Assembly: GCA_965221345.1 (NCBI GenBank)
Contig: CBDCSD010000001.1
Span: 1,062,455-1,126,454 of the forward strand
Length of the DNA stretch: 64,000 nucleotides
Reading direction: 5' to 3'
Origin: Caldilineaceae bacterium
GTDB taxonomy: Bacteria > Chloroflexota > Anaerolineae > Caldilineales > Caldilineaceae
The notes under the pieces are model-generated. The model worked only from the letters and a program-made list of their open reading frames with translations. It ran no database searches and was not told the DNA's origin. A program made the position numbers and the translations under genes. This document shows, one piece after another, positions 38,951 to 47,825 of this stretch (the first letter of the stretch is position 1; every line of letters starts with the position of its first letter).

Positions 38951-40282
38951 TCAGGCAAAAAGCTCGTCGATTCGCTCCACGATCAGATTGACGCCTTCTT
39001 CCAGGCCGAGCTCATTTGTGACCCAAATCTGGTCCCAGATCGGATCGAGAACCTCCGATCTGACCTTCTCATTCTCCTGGAAGGCCGGGTCGAGCCGTGC
39101 GTGGTCCATGATGCGGGAGAATGCGGCCACATCATAGCCTGCTTTCGCGCCCATCGATTCCACATCCCAGGCTTCCCCTGCGACGCTGCGACGGGTCGGT
39201 TGCAACCCAACGATGCTGAGCGCCATCGCCCTTTGTGCCCGCGGGCCGGTCAGGAACCTCACCATTTCAACCGCCGCGTCCGGCTCCTTCGTCAATTTGG
39301 CGACGCCATAGCCATCGGCGAAGGTGATTCCGGCTTTGCCGCCATCTGGGGATAACGGCAGATCGGCGAAGTCCCACCTGAAGTCGTTTTCGCGGATGTA
39401 GTTGGTAACCGTCCAACTGTGGGATTCTACGAAAGCGACCTTTCCGGTCGAGAATACGTTGCTCCAACCGACTTCAGGAATCGAACCGGGGACAGGGGCG
39501 ACCTGAACGTCGCCGTAGATCTGGTCGTAGTTGAACTTGAGCGCCGCAATTGCCTCTTCACTGTCCAGCAGACATTTCGTGCCGAAGAGGGGGGCGTTCA
39601 TCCACTCGCCGCCGTTCATCCAGACGTAGTGTTCCAGAATGTTATGGGCCACGTAGTTGCCCCACTGAACGATATTGCCATCGTCGTCTCGCTTGGTCGT
39701 CGCCTCGTATGCTACCAAGAAATCGTCCCAGGTCCACGTGCCATCGGGGTAGTCTACGCCAGCCTCGTCGAGGAAGTCCTTGTTGTAGGCCACCGCTGCC
39801 GTCGACACGTACTTGGGCATCCCGTACAGTTTCCCGTCCAGCAGGTGGGCATCGAGTTTGGCGGGATAGAAATCCTCCAGGTCTTCGCTGTCGAAGTAGT
39901 CGTCCAGTTGCAGCAGCTGGCCCTTTTGCATCAGGTTATAGTTGATGCCACCCCAAATGAACATGACATCGGGAGCGTCGCCGGCGACCGACTGCGTGTA
40001 GAGTTTGTCGCGGTAGTCGGGTGACTCGGCGTTTTCGAATGTCACGTTGATGTTGGGTTGCTCTTCTTCGAAAGCGGGGATGATTTCGTCGGTCCAGAAC
40101 GCGATCCCTTCAGGACCGACCCAACTTCCCTCAGCCAGTCTGATCTCGATCGGCTCTTCGGCCATCGCCGCCCCCGAATCGTCCGGAGCCGCCGCGGGAG
40201 CGACGCAGGCGGCAAGCAGTCCGCCGCCGGCCGTCGCCGCCGAGAGGCGCAGAAAACTGCGTCGGTTCATTCGCTGTGTCAT
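38951..40282 (-). CDS. Extracellular solute-binding protein (CUT1), paralog B (tandem duplicate)
   Basis: MTQRMNRRSFLRLSAATAGGGLLAACVAP. Colinear with paralog A, with long identical stretches. ATG 40282 with AGGAGGA upstream. Confidence 0.88.
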   Translation of the reverse strand: MTQRMNRRSFLRLSAATAGGGLLAACVAPAAAPDDSGAAMAEEPIEIRLAEGSWVGPEGIAFWTDEIIPAFEEEQPNINVTFENAESPDYRDKLYTQSVAGDAPDVMFIWGGINYNLMQKGQLLQLDDYFDSEDLEDFYPAKLDAHLLDGKLYGMPKYVSTAAVAYNKDFLDEAGVDYPDGTWTWDDFLVAYEATTKRDDDGNIVQWGNYVAHNILEHYVWMNGGEWMNAPLFGTKCLLDSEEAIAALKFNYDQIYGDVQVAPVPGSIPEVGWSNVFSTGKVAFVESHSWTVTNYIRENDFRWDFADLPLSPDGGKAGITFADGYGVAKLTKEPDAAVEMVRFLTGPRAQRAMALSIVGLQPTRRSVAGEAWDVESMGAKAGYDVAAFSRIMDHARLDPAFQENEKVRSEVLDPIWDQIWVTNELGLEEGVNLIVERIDELFA

Positions 40283-40374
40283 CTTTTCCTCCTGGTTCGT
40301 GAGCTTCATTCCTTGTTAAAAACATGGCGTGATAACGAAATAGATGCCGTCTGGTCGACCCATTGTCACCTCCG

Positions 40375-41349
40375 TCACACCCTGTCCACGTATGGCGCTT
40401 CGCACGTACGCCTTGCCTCCCCTAAGCTCTGAAATACTGTTGCCGCGGCGCCTATCAGCCCTGAATCTGCGCCCATGGCTGCCGGTAGAATCGGCAACCC
40501 GCGGCTATTCTCCGCCCAGATGTGAGACCGAGTTGAGGCTACAAAGCTGTCCCAATACAGCCCACCTGCCGATCCAAGCCCTCCCCCCACGACTATTGCT
40601 TCGGGGTCCATCACGTTGACCAGAAAACCTACACTGTTGCCGAGTGCTTCGCCGGCGCTCCTGACAACCCTGACGGCCTCTGGGTCGCCTTCCTCGGCAG
40701 CTGCCGTTACCTCCTCGCCCCGTTCCACTACCCGCGAGCCGTGCCGGTTATATCTCGCTACCAGAGCAGGTCCGCTTGCGAACTCCTCCAGAATGGGATT
40801 CAAGGATGTGCCGCAAGAACTGCATTCCATCGCAAAAGGACTGCTGGCCATGATCAACGCGTTGCCGCGCGCGCCGGCGAAAGGTCTACCGTCCTGAACC
40901 AACGTACTCGAAATGCCGGTCCCAACCGTCACGTAGACGAACAGCCTGTACCCCCGCCCAGCGCCGAACATCGCCTCGGCCAGGGCCCCCGCTCGCACAT
41001 CCGATTCGACGACTGCCGGAGCCAGCGAAGAGAATGCAGCCCGCACGCCATCGCCCTGCCATGCCAGCGAATGTGCGCTGGTGATGTTCCCCTCCGGATC
41101 AACCAGTTCAGGTACGCCGACACCGATGCCCTGCAGTTCCAGATCCATCTTCCCGGCTTCAGCAATCAACTCCTCGGCCAGGGCCAGCGCATCGCCCAGC
41201 ACCGCGTCTCCACCGCGCCGCGGCAGTGTCGGGATGGTCCGGCGGGCGAGAATAACGCCGGAAGAATGAGCGACGAGTCCGGCCGCGATCTTTGTTCCTC
41301 CCACGTCCAGGCCGATGGCACAGGCCGTGGGATCAAGGTTCTCTACCAT
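40375..41349 (-). CDS. ROK family protein (sugar kinase or regulator)
   Basis: AIGLDVGGTKIAAGLV.. and GIGVGVPELVD. Start at ATG 41349 (MVENLD). The longer track ORF would overlap the cupin gene by about 245 nt. Confidence 0.78.
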   Translation of the reverse strand: MVENLDPTACAIGLDVGGTKIAAGLVAHSSGVILARRTIPTLPRRGGDAVLGDALALAEELIAEAGKMDLELQGIGVGVPELVDPEGNITSAHSLAWQGDGVRAAFSSLAPAVVESDVRAGALAEAMFGAGRGYRLFVYVTVGTGISSTLVQDGRPFAGARGNALIMASSPFAMECSSCGTSLNPILEEFASGPALVARYNRHGSRVVERGEEVTAAAEEGDPEAVRVVRSAGEALGNSVGFLVNVMDPEAIVVGGGLGSAGGLYWDSFVASTRSHIWAENSRGLPILPAAMGADSGLIGAAATVFQSLGEARRTCEAPYVDRV

Positions 41350-42220
41350 TGGAGAACAGATCCGGAATATCAGGCGAATACCGGGGCGCGATCCCGCAGA
41401 GAAAAGAAGTTGGCGCGCCCGACATATTGTAGTACTGGTGCGGCGTGCCCTCCGGGACGAAAAAGCCGTCGCCCGGACTGAGCTCATACCAGCGCGGCCC
41501 ATCGTTTTCGGGAACGCGCACGTTAAGCGCGCCCTCAAGCAGGTAGAGACTCTCATCGCCGCCATGCACTTCCACATCGCTGCGCTGTCCCGCCAGCAAC
41601 TCCATCCTCCCGACCGTCAGATGCTCGGTCGCGGCCAGGATTCCCACCAGCAATTGCTGATCTGCCCCCTCCAGCCGCCACAGCAGATCCGCCTCGCGCA
41701 CTACCCGTATCGTAAAGTTGGCCGTGGCTTCCGCTTGCACCTGCGGCCACCGGCCCAGCCACTGATCCTGCGAATACTTTGGCGCCGTCAGGTTCGGCTT
41801 CGTCTGCGCGTATGAACCCGACGTGCCCTGAGAAGGCGGCGGCGCGAAAAACTCGAGTACACGCAGCGGTTCCGGGCTGAAGTTGAAAGCGTGATGCCAG
41901 GTGTCGCGGCGGAAAAAGGCCGCTTCGCCCGGTTTGACCCGATGCACCTCGCCCGTTTCAGGATTGCTCAGCACCATCACACCGCTGAGGACGTACAACA
42001 CCTCATCGGCGGCAAAGATTGTACGATAGGCGTCCGAGTGACGAAAAGACCCGCCGGGGGCCAGACCGAAGACCAACTGGTGGATTTTTGCACTGGAAAC
42101 ATATATCCAGTCCGCCACCTCCCCCGACTCTTCGTCGCCCCAGAGATGGCGCGTAACCGTCTCGTAAGGGATGTGCGACGGGCCGTCAAAAGTAGGCCGC
42201 GGCGAGGCCGAATAACTCAT
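41333..42220 (-). CDS. Bicupin domain protein
   Basis: 295 aa with two cupin-like halves (EVLYVLSGVMVLSNPETGEVHRVKPGEAAFF and ESLYLLEGALNVRV..LSPGDGFFVPEGTPH). Confidence 0.75.
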   Translation of the reverse strand: MSYSASPRPTFDGPSHIPYETVTRHLWGDEESGEVADWIYVSSAKIHQLVFGLAPGGSFRHSDAYRTIFAADEVLYVLSGVMVLSNPETGEVHRVKPGEAAFFRRDTWHHAFNFSPEPLRVLEFFAPPPSQGTSGSYAQTKPNLTAPKYSQDQWLGRWPQVQAEATANFTIRVVREADLLWRLEGADQQLLVGILAATEHLTVGRMELLAGQRSDVEVHGGDESLYLLEGALNVRVPENDGPRWYELSPGDGFFVPEGTPHQYYNMSGAPTSFLCGIAPRYSPDIPDLFSNGREP

Positions 42221-43326
42221 CAGCGCTGTGTCCAGTCATGAACCTTGTGCGGCGCTACTTCCTCCTGCTCTTCCTCGAATGTAGGCGGCGTGAACGAGCT
42301 CTCGATCATTTTTTCCTGCCCGTCGCCGCCCGATTCCTGCGCCTTGAGCATGATTTCAAGGACATGAAATGCGTGCTCCGGCTTGATGTCAGGTGTCTTG
42401 TCGTTGCGGATGCAGTCTACGAGGTGGCGCAGGCCGTCTGTCCACTGCCAGCCTCTGTCCGTACCTTCGTGAATCTGCCAGGCGCCTACGTCGTTGCGCC
42501 ACAATTCATATCCGGTAGGGTTCCAGTCATCGCCCATCATTTGGATGGTGCCCTCGCTGCCATAGACCTCGAGAGCCGGGCTTCGATACTTCTGCATAGT
42601 GAAGCCTGTCGACACAACTCCGAATACCGACTCGCCCCAATCGATCAGCACGTGCGCGTTGTCCTCGGCCTCCACCCGCATCATCTCACCGCCTACAACG
42701 CGATCGGGAATCGCCACGCCCGTCATTGCCATCACCCGCTTGGCCGGTCCCAGCCAGCCCGTCAGGCAGGTGATGTTGTAAACGCCCAGGTCAAACAGCG
42801 CGCCGCCGCCTTTGAGGTAGAACCAAGGTCTCCAATCGGGCCCGGAATGGCCGTAGCGGGCGCGCGCCATTAACACCTTTCCAATATCTCCGCCGTGAAT
42901 GTGGCGCCACATCGTCTGATAGGTGGCACTCAGGACGACATGTGGAGCGCAAACGAGATGGCCCGGACTGTGCCGGGCCATTTCAACGATCTCTGCCGCT
43001 TCCGCCAGGGTCACAGCCATCGGTTTCTCGACCAGGACGTGTTTGCCTGCCGCCAGCGCCGCACGCGTGATCGGTCCGTGCTCTCGCATTGAGGTCAATA
43101 CCATCACCACGTCGACCTCTTCGGAATCGATAACCTCCTCGTAGTCGGTCGTGAATCGCTCAATGCCGAGCCTGTCCTGAACTACCTCCCGTACCTCTTC
43201 CCTGACGTCGCAGGCAATCGTAACGTCGACCGTGCCCACGGCCCGCATCGGTTGGATAAGCCTCATGTAAGGGCGCTGCATTACGCTGCCGCAGCCGACA
43301 ATCCCGATTCTCGTAGGTTGGGTCAT
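42220..43326 (-). CDS. Gfo/Idh/MocA family oxidoreductase
   Basis: RIGIVGCGSV.. and ALAAGKHVLVEKPMA. Its stop shares one nt with the cupin ATG (TGATG). Confidence 0.9.
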   Translation of the reverse strand: MTQPTRIGIVGCGSVMQRPYMRLIQPMRAVGTVDVTIACDVREEVREVVQDRLGIERFTTDYEEVIDSEEVDVVMVLTSMREHGPITRAALAAGKHVLVEKPMAVTLAEAAEIVEMARHSPGHLVCAPHVVLSATYQTMWRHIHGGDIGKVLMARARYGHSGPDWRPWFYLKGGGALFDLGVYNITCLTGWLGPAKRVMAMTGVAIPDRVVGGEMMRVEAEDNAHVLIDWGESVFGVVSTGFTMQKYRSPALEVYGSEGTIQMMGDDWNPTGYELWRNDVGAWQIHEGTDRGWQWTDGLRHLVDCIRNDKTPDIKPEHAFHVLEIMLKAQESGGDGQEKMIESSFTPPTFEEEQEEVAPHKVHDWTQR

Positions 43327-43382
43327 CTGAAATCTCCATCAATGCGAAATCACTGTCGCGGTCGACACAGTTGCCGCCATGG

Positions 43383-44408
43383 TTACACGGCCGACGTCCG
43401 GATCTTGTGCTGGGCAAATCGCTTGGCCCGCATCTCTTCGTGCGCCTCGTCTGAGCCGTCGTGGCTGGTGCCGAACCAGTGGTCGAAAGGCATGTCCGGT
43501 TCGCCGTAGTTGCACTCGAAGTAGCGGTGATGCAACTGATGAAAATAAGATGCCCCCGCCAGGTTGTACTTGCCGTTGACGATGACCGCCTCAAAGCCGA
43601 CATGGCCCTGCGCCGGTGTGAGACCTGCGTGCTGCAGGTTCAACACAACGTGAATCGGGTGTGACGGGATGATCCAGTGAATCGCCGCGCAACTGAAGTA
43701 TAGGATGTGCTCAATTGGATGCATCGACAGCCCGGACCAGGGGCCGACGTTGATGTTTCGGTGGTGCAGAAAGTGCCCGGCCTTGTAGAGCGGCGGCCAA
43801 TGCAGGAGCCGGTGTGTCCAGTAGAAGTGGAACAGCCGCCACAAAGGAATGGCACACAACAAGAGGACGAAGTAGACCGGATGCGCGCGCGGATCCAGGT
43901 AGGGAATGTACTCATTAGCGTAAAGCCACAGAGTTATCACCTCGTAAGCCGTCCAGATCGTGCCGCCGCTAATGCAACTCCAGAAGATGTTGTCGAATAG
44001 CTGGTTGCCGCCCAGGAACTGCTTCTTCCCCTTTGCCATCCAATCCGGCGTGTACTTGAACTGGAAGCCTTGCGACTTGCGCGCCCACAGCCACAGGTGC
44101 CACGCGCTGACAATCACAATCAACATGATCTGGTTGCGTACGAAAATATAAAGGATCCAGTCGGCGCTGAAACTCGTCATGCGGGACATCTCCGGCTGCA
44201 GATAGAGAACAGTCAGCGTGGCGATGACCATATAGATAAAATTCCAGGGAAAGAGGTAGTTGTACAACCATTTCGCCGCCTCCATCGGTTTGGGCGGCCA
44301 GGCGAAAATAGGATTGGGCAACTTGACCCCTTCCGGCTGCCAATTCCCGCGCTCGTCGCGCGGCATACCATCGCTTAAGCCATCCTTTTCAGCGCTAATG
44401 TCTGCCAT
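43383..44408 (-). CDS. Fatty acid hydroxylase / sterol desaturase superfamily membrane protein (copy 1)
   Basis: Histidine boxes HRLLHWPPLYK, HFLHHRN and HQLHHRYFECNYG, plus hydrophobic spans. Confidence 0.85.
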   Translation of the reverse strand: MADISAEKDGLSDGMPRDERGNWQPEGVKLPNPIFAWPPKPMEAAKWLYNYLFPWNFIYMVIATLTVLYLQPEMSRMTSFSADWILYIFVRNQIMLIVIVSAWHLWLWARKSQGFQFKYTPDWMAKGKKQFLGGNQLFDNIFWSCISGGTIWTAYEVITLWLYANEYIPYLDPRAHPVYFVLLLCAIPLWRLFHFYWTHRLLHWPPLYKAGHFLHHRNINVGPWSGLSMHPIEHILYFSCAAIHWIIPSHPIHVVLNLQHAGLTPAQGHVGFEAVIVNGKYNLAGASYFHQLHHRYFECNYGEPDMPFDHWFGTSHDGSDEAHEEMRAKRFAQHKIRTSAV

Positions 44409-44540
44409 GATCTCCCTCCTTGAGTATTGGCTCCGCGGCCCAAAGTGGTTCTGAGTTTCCTTTCGTGCCCGATGGCGTCCTGCCTTACTCTAAAGATTCA
44501 CCGTACTGTCTCAATAAAGAGTTCCTGATCAGCAATGCCT

Positions 44541-45278
44541 TCAACTATTGTGTTCCTCCACCGGCACACCTGCCAGGAGCCCGCTCTGATGCATGTCGGT
44601 CCACTCGTCCAGAAAGACCTTGTTCCAATGGTCGGTGAGCGGGTGATCGAGCATGTCGCGATAGACAGTCCACATCGTGACCAGCTCGTCAGCGCCGTCG
44701 CGGAAGGCGGCGTGGGCCGTCTCTACAGAGCGCACCAGTGCCGCCATGATGTAGGGGCGCTCGTCCCAGCCGCTGAACATGCGCACGCAGTCGCGGATCA
44801 GCTTGGTCGGATCGCCGCCCATCTCGCGCACCGGATCGCAGAAGGGCAGGATGTGGTCGACGCCGGCCTGCGCAACGGCCGCGGCCTGGTTCAGTGAGAA
44901 GACCGTCGTGCAAAAGGTCTCGACGCCCTCCTGCCTGAGAATGCCGAACGCCTTAAGCCCATTGAGCGTGCAGGGCAGCTTGAGGATGATCTGCGGCGAC
45001 ATGTCGGTGAAGACCTTGCCCACCGCCAGCAACTCTTCGACCGAATGGCCGTCGATCTCCATGACGACCGGTTTGTCGGTCATCTCCAGATAGGCCTCAA
45101 TCAGCGCGATGACGCTGCCGTAGGGTTTGGCGTACAGATTGAGCACCACCGTGTTGGTGACGATGCCGGCGATGCCCATGGGCATAAACTCCACAAGCTC
45201 TGCCGGCGGCCCGGCCAGCCAGATTGTCGGCCCGCGTCCGGTTGAGCGTGTCTTCGTGACAGATCCCTTCTGGTCCAT
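44541..45278 (-). CDS. Transaldolase-family protein (fructose-6-phosphate aldolase / TalC-like)
   Basis: GIAGIVTNTVV, IILKLPCTLNGLKA (Schiff-base Lys context) and FCTTVFSLNQAAAVAQAG. ATG 45278 with GAGGAAGGA upstream. Confidence 0.75.
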   Translation of the reverse strand: MDQKGSVTKTRSTGRGPTIWLAGPPAELVEFMPMGIAGIVTNTVVLNLYAKPYGSVIALIEAYLEMTDKPVVMEIDGHSVEELLAVGKVFTDMSPQIILKLPCTLNGLKAFGILRQEGVETFCTTVFSLNQAAAVAQAGVDHILPFCDPVREMGGDPTKLIRDCVRMFSGWDERPYIMAALVRSVETAHAAFRDGADELVTMWTVYRDMLDHPLTDHWNKVFLDEWTDMHQSGLLAGVPVEEHNS

Positions 45279-45391
45279 ATTTCCTTCCTCGTGGGTGTTG
45301 GCTTGTAAATCCAGGAATTCCAAGATGGGAATTCAGTAATTCCTGCCAGTTGCGTTCGATTTCTCATTCACATTACCGTCTGCCGAACCGC

Positions 45392-45720
45392 CTACTCGCC
45401 GGCGAAGATCGGATGAATCGCGTGTTCGCAGGGGCCGCCCACCTCCATCTCATCCGAGGCGCCGGCAAGGCGCGCCGCCTGCACAAAGTCCTCTTCACGC
45501 AGCGCCAGAAAGCGCCCGCGCACGACCCGCGCCAGCCCGGTCCAGCCAATCGAGGAGAGGATCAGCGTGATGGCGATATAGACCCTCGTCACCGGCCACT
45601 CCTTGGGAATCGCCGCGCTCAGAGCCAGCCAAAGCGGAATGCTGGGCATAGCGCGAATAAACTCGACAATGCGCTGGATCACTATGTCGGCCGTGCCGCT
45701 GAAGTAGCCGGCGATTCCGA
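45392..45720 (-). pseudogene. Chimeric fragment: DppC-type permease internal segment fused to the last ~25 codons of a PhyH gene
   Basis: 45459-45716 aligns at nucleotide level to 49341-49600 (the permease gene). 45392-45466 aligns to 48176-48251 (PhyH 3-prime end). The two join across the shared octamer GCGCCGGC. Confidence 0.8.
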
Positions 45721-45925
45721 TTCTTCGTCGCCCCAGAGGTGATGCGTCACCTCTGCATAAGGGATGTGCGCCGGTCCATCGAAAGTAGGCCGCGGCGAGG
45801 CTGAATAACTCATCAGCGCTGCATCCTTTCGTGAACCAGGTGGGGCGCTTCCTCTTCCTGCTCGTTCTCGAATGTAGGCGGCGTGAATGAGCTCTCGATC
45901 ATTTTGGCCTGCCCTTCGCGAACTG
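45721..45925 (-). pseudogene. Fragment copying the Gfo/Idh/MocA 3-prime end and the cupin 5-prime end
   Basis: Aligns to 42127-42325 including the native TGATG junction. It encodes MSYSASPRPTFDGPAHIPYAEVTHHLWGDEE, against MSYSASPRPTFDGPSHIPYETVTRHLWGDEE in the intact gene. Confidence 0.8.
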
Positions 45926-46257
45926 AGCATCAAGACCAGGATCCGAGAACGCTCCACTTCTGCGTTTGCGCTGCACGCGTCTCGCACCGACCCAGAAGTA
46001 CCTGCTGTACACCAAATCCGGACGGTAATCCACGCCCTCCCCGGACTGCGGCCAGGCGACCTCGTAGCCCAGAGGGACCTGATAGACAAAGAGTGCCTCC
46101 ACGCGGCCGCTGCTGGTCTGTCGCCGCCCATCGGTTACGTGCATCAGCGGACGAAAGCGGTCGCGGTCAAAGCGGTAGACGATATCTTCCAGTCCTGAAT
46201 TCCCCCGTTCGCCCGAATTCTTGGTGTCGGCGACATTCAGATTTCCCTTGATCAGGT

Positions 46258-47283
46258 TCAGGTCACTGATGTCTGAATGTTGTGCCGGGCGAGTCGCTTC
46301 GCACGCATCGCTACGTGCCCCTCGTCTGAGCCGTCGTGACTTGTGCCGAACCAGTAGTCGAAGGGCATGTCCTGCTCGCCGTAGTTGCACTCAAAGTAGC
46401 GGTGATGCAACTGGTGGAAATAGGATGCGGCAGACAGGTTGTACTTGCCGTTGACGATAACCGCTTCAAAGCCGACATGTCCCTGCGCTGGTGTGAACGC
46501 GGCGTGCTGCAGGTTCATCACCACGTGAATCGGGTGCGACGGGATGATCCAATGGATCGCCGCGCAGCTGAAGTAGAAAATATGCTCGATTGGATGCATC
46601 GACAACCCCGACCAGGGGCCGACATTGATGTTGCGATGATGCAGAAAGTGTCCCGCCTTGTAGAGCGGCGGCCAGTGCAGCAATCGATGCGCCCAGTAAA
46701 AGTGGAAGGTCCGCCATATACTGATAGCACACAGCAAGAGCACGAAGTAGACCGGGTGCGCGCGCGGGTCCAGGTAGGGGATGTACTCATTGGCGTAGAG
46801 CCAGAGTGTAAAAACCTCGTAGGCCGTCCAGATAGTACCGCCGCTGACACAACTCCAGAAGATGTTGTCGAACAGCTGGTTGCCACCGAGGAACTGCTTC
46901 TTCCCCTTCGCCATCCAGTCCGGTGTGTATTTTAATTTGAAGCCTTGCGATTTGCGCCCCCACAGCCACAGATGCCAGGCGCTGACGATGACGATCAGCA
47001 TGACCTGGTTGCGCACAAAGATGTAGAGGATCCAGTCAGCGCTGAACGTCTTCATACGGGCCATTTCCGGCTGCAGATAGATGACTGTCAACGCGGCGAT
47101 GGCCATATAAATGATATTCCACGGAAACATGTAGTTGAAGACCCATTTAGCGACCTCAACCGGCTTTGGCGGCCAGGCGAAAATGGGATTGGGCAACTTG
47201 ATTCCCTCCGGCTGCCAGTACCCGCGCTCATCGCGCGGCATTCCATCGATCAGACTATCTCTCTCAGCGCTAATGTCTGCCAT
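46258..47283 (-). CDS. Fatty acid hydroxylase / sterol desaturase superfamily membrane protein (copy 2)
   Basis: 341 aa, colinear with 43383..44408, same length, same His boxes. Scattered substitutions only. Confidence 0.85.
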   Translation of the reverse strand: MADISAERDSLIDGMPRDERGYWQPEGIKLPNPIFAWPPKPVEVAKWVFNYMFPWNIIYMAIAALTVIYLQPEMARMKTFSADWILYIFVRNQVMLIVIVSAWHLWLWGRKSQGFKLKYTPDWMAKGKKQFLGGNQLFDNIFWSCVSGGTIWTAYEVFTLWLYANEYIPYLDPRAHPVYFVLLLCAISIWRTFHFYWAHRLLHWPPLYKAGHFLHHRNINVGPWSGLSMHPIEHIFYFSCAAIHWIIPSHPIHVVMNLQHAAFTPAQGHVGFEAVIVNGKYNLSAASYFHQLHHRYFECNYGEQDMPFDYWFGTSHDGSDEGHVAMRAKRLARHNIQTSVT

Positions 47284-47403
47284 GATCTCCCTCCAGGAGG
47301 CTTGTCTCCGCGTTCCAAAGCGGCTATGAGTTTCCTTTCGAGTTCGTTGGCATCCTGCGTCATTCTACATATTTAGCACATTTTCGCAATGACGAATACC
47401 TTA

Positions 47404-47473
47404 TCAGCAATGCCCTCGGCCGTCGTGTTCCTCCACCGGCACACCAGCCAACAGCCCGCTCTGGTGCATGTCG
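47404..47473 (-). pseudogene. 3-prime fragment of a transaldolase-like gene carried along with the duplication
   Basis: 47417-47473 aligns to 44541-44597. It encodes ..MHQSGLLAGVPVEEH, as at the end of the 44541..45278 product. Confidence 0.6.
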
Positions 47474-47585
47474 GGAAAACCTACTCTACCTGAATCGTCA
47501 ATGGCGCCGAGTGAAAATCCCTTTCCAAACCGCAATACTCGTACCTCTACTGCGCGGGATTTCAAAGGGAACGCCTAGTGATTGG

Positions 47586-47825
47586 TCAAGTCCGTATGTA
47601 AACCTCCAGAAATTCTGCTCTTGAAATTCCTGCCTGCGTACAAATTCGGCGTAAAGTTGAACCTTTGATACGACGGTGATTCGGTAACGTCAATGAATTT
47701 CGGCTTCCATCAGTATTTTCTCGTATCATTGCAACATGGTTCCCAGTGCGAAGCACACGAAAGCCCAAGATTTCCAAAGTACTGATCACTCTTTGTTATG
47801 GCGCATCGACTGGGAAGCGCTGCAT
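47586..47825 (-). pseudogene. hicA: HicA-family toxin gene with an in-frame TAA at codon 10
   Basis: Reading from ATG 47825-47823 gives MQRFPVDAP, a stop (TAA at 47798-47796), then QRVISTLEILGFRVLRTGNHVAMIRE..LPNHRRIKGSTLRRICTQAGISRAEFLEVY, a YcfA/HicA-like pattern. A GTG at 47789 could restart translation to give 67 aa. Confidence 0.6.

Noticed and set aside
41350-41577. N-terminal 76 codons of the ROK track ORF
   Set aside because: They overlap the cupin gene in another frame. The ROK fold begins at MVENLDPTACAIGLDVGGTK.
45682-46390. Track ORFs 45682..46131 and 45899..46390 (minus) as real genes
   Set aside because: They run across junctions of unrelated gene fragments (cupin 5-prime end, Gfo 3-prime end, unassigned filler). 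They are by-products of the mosaic.
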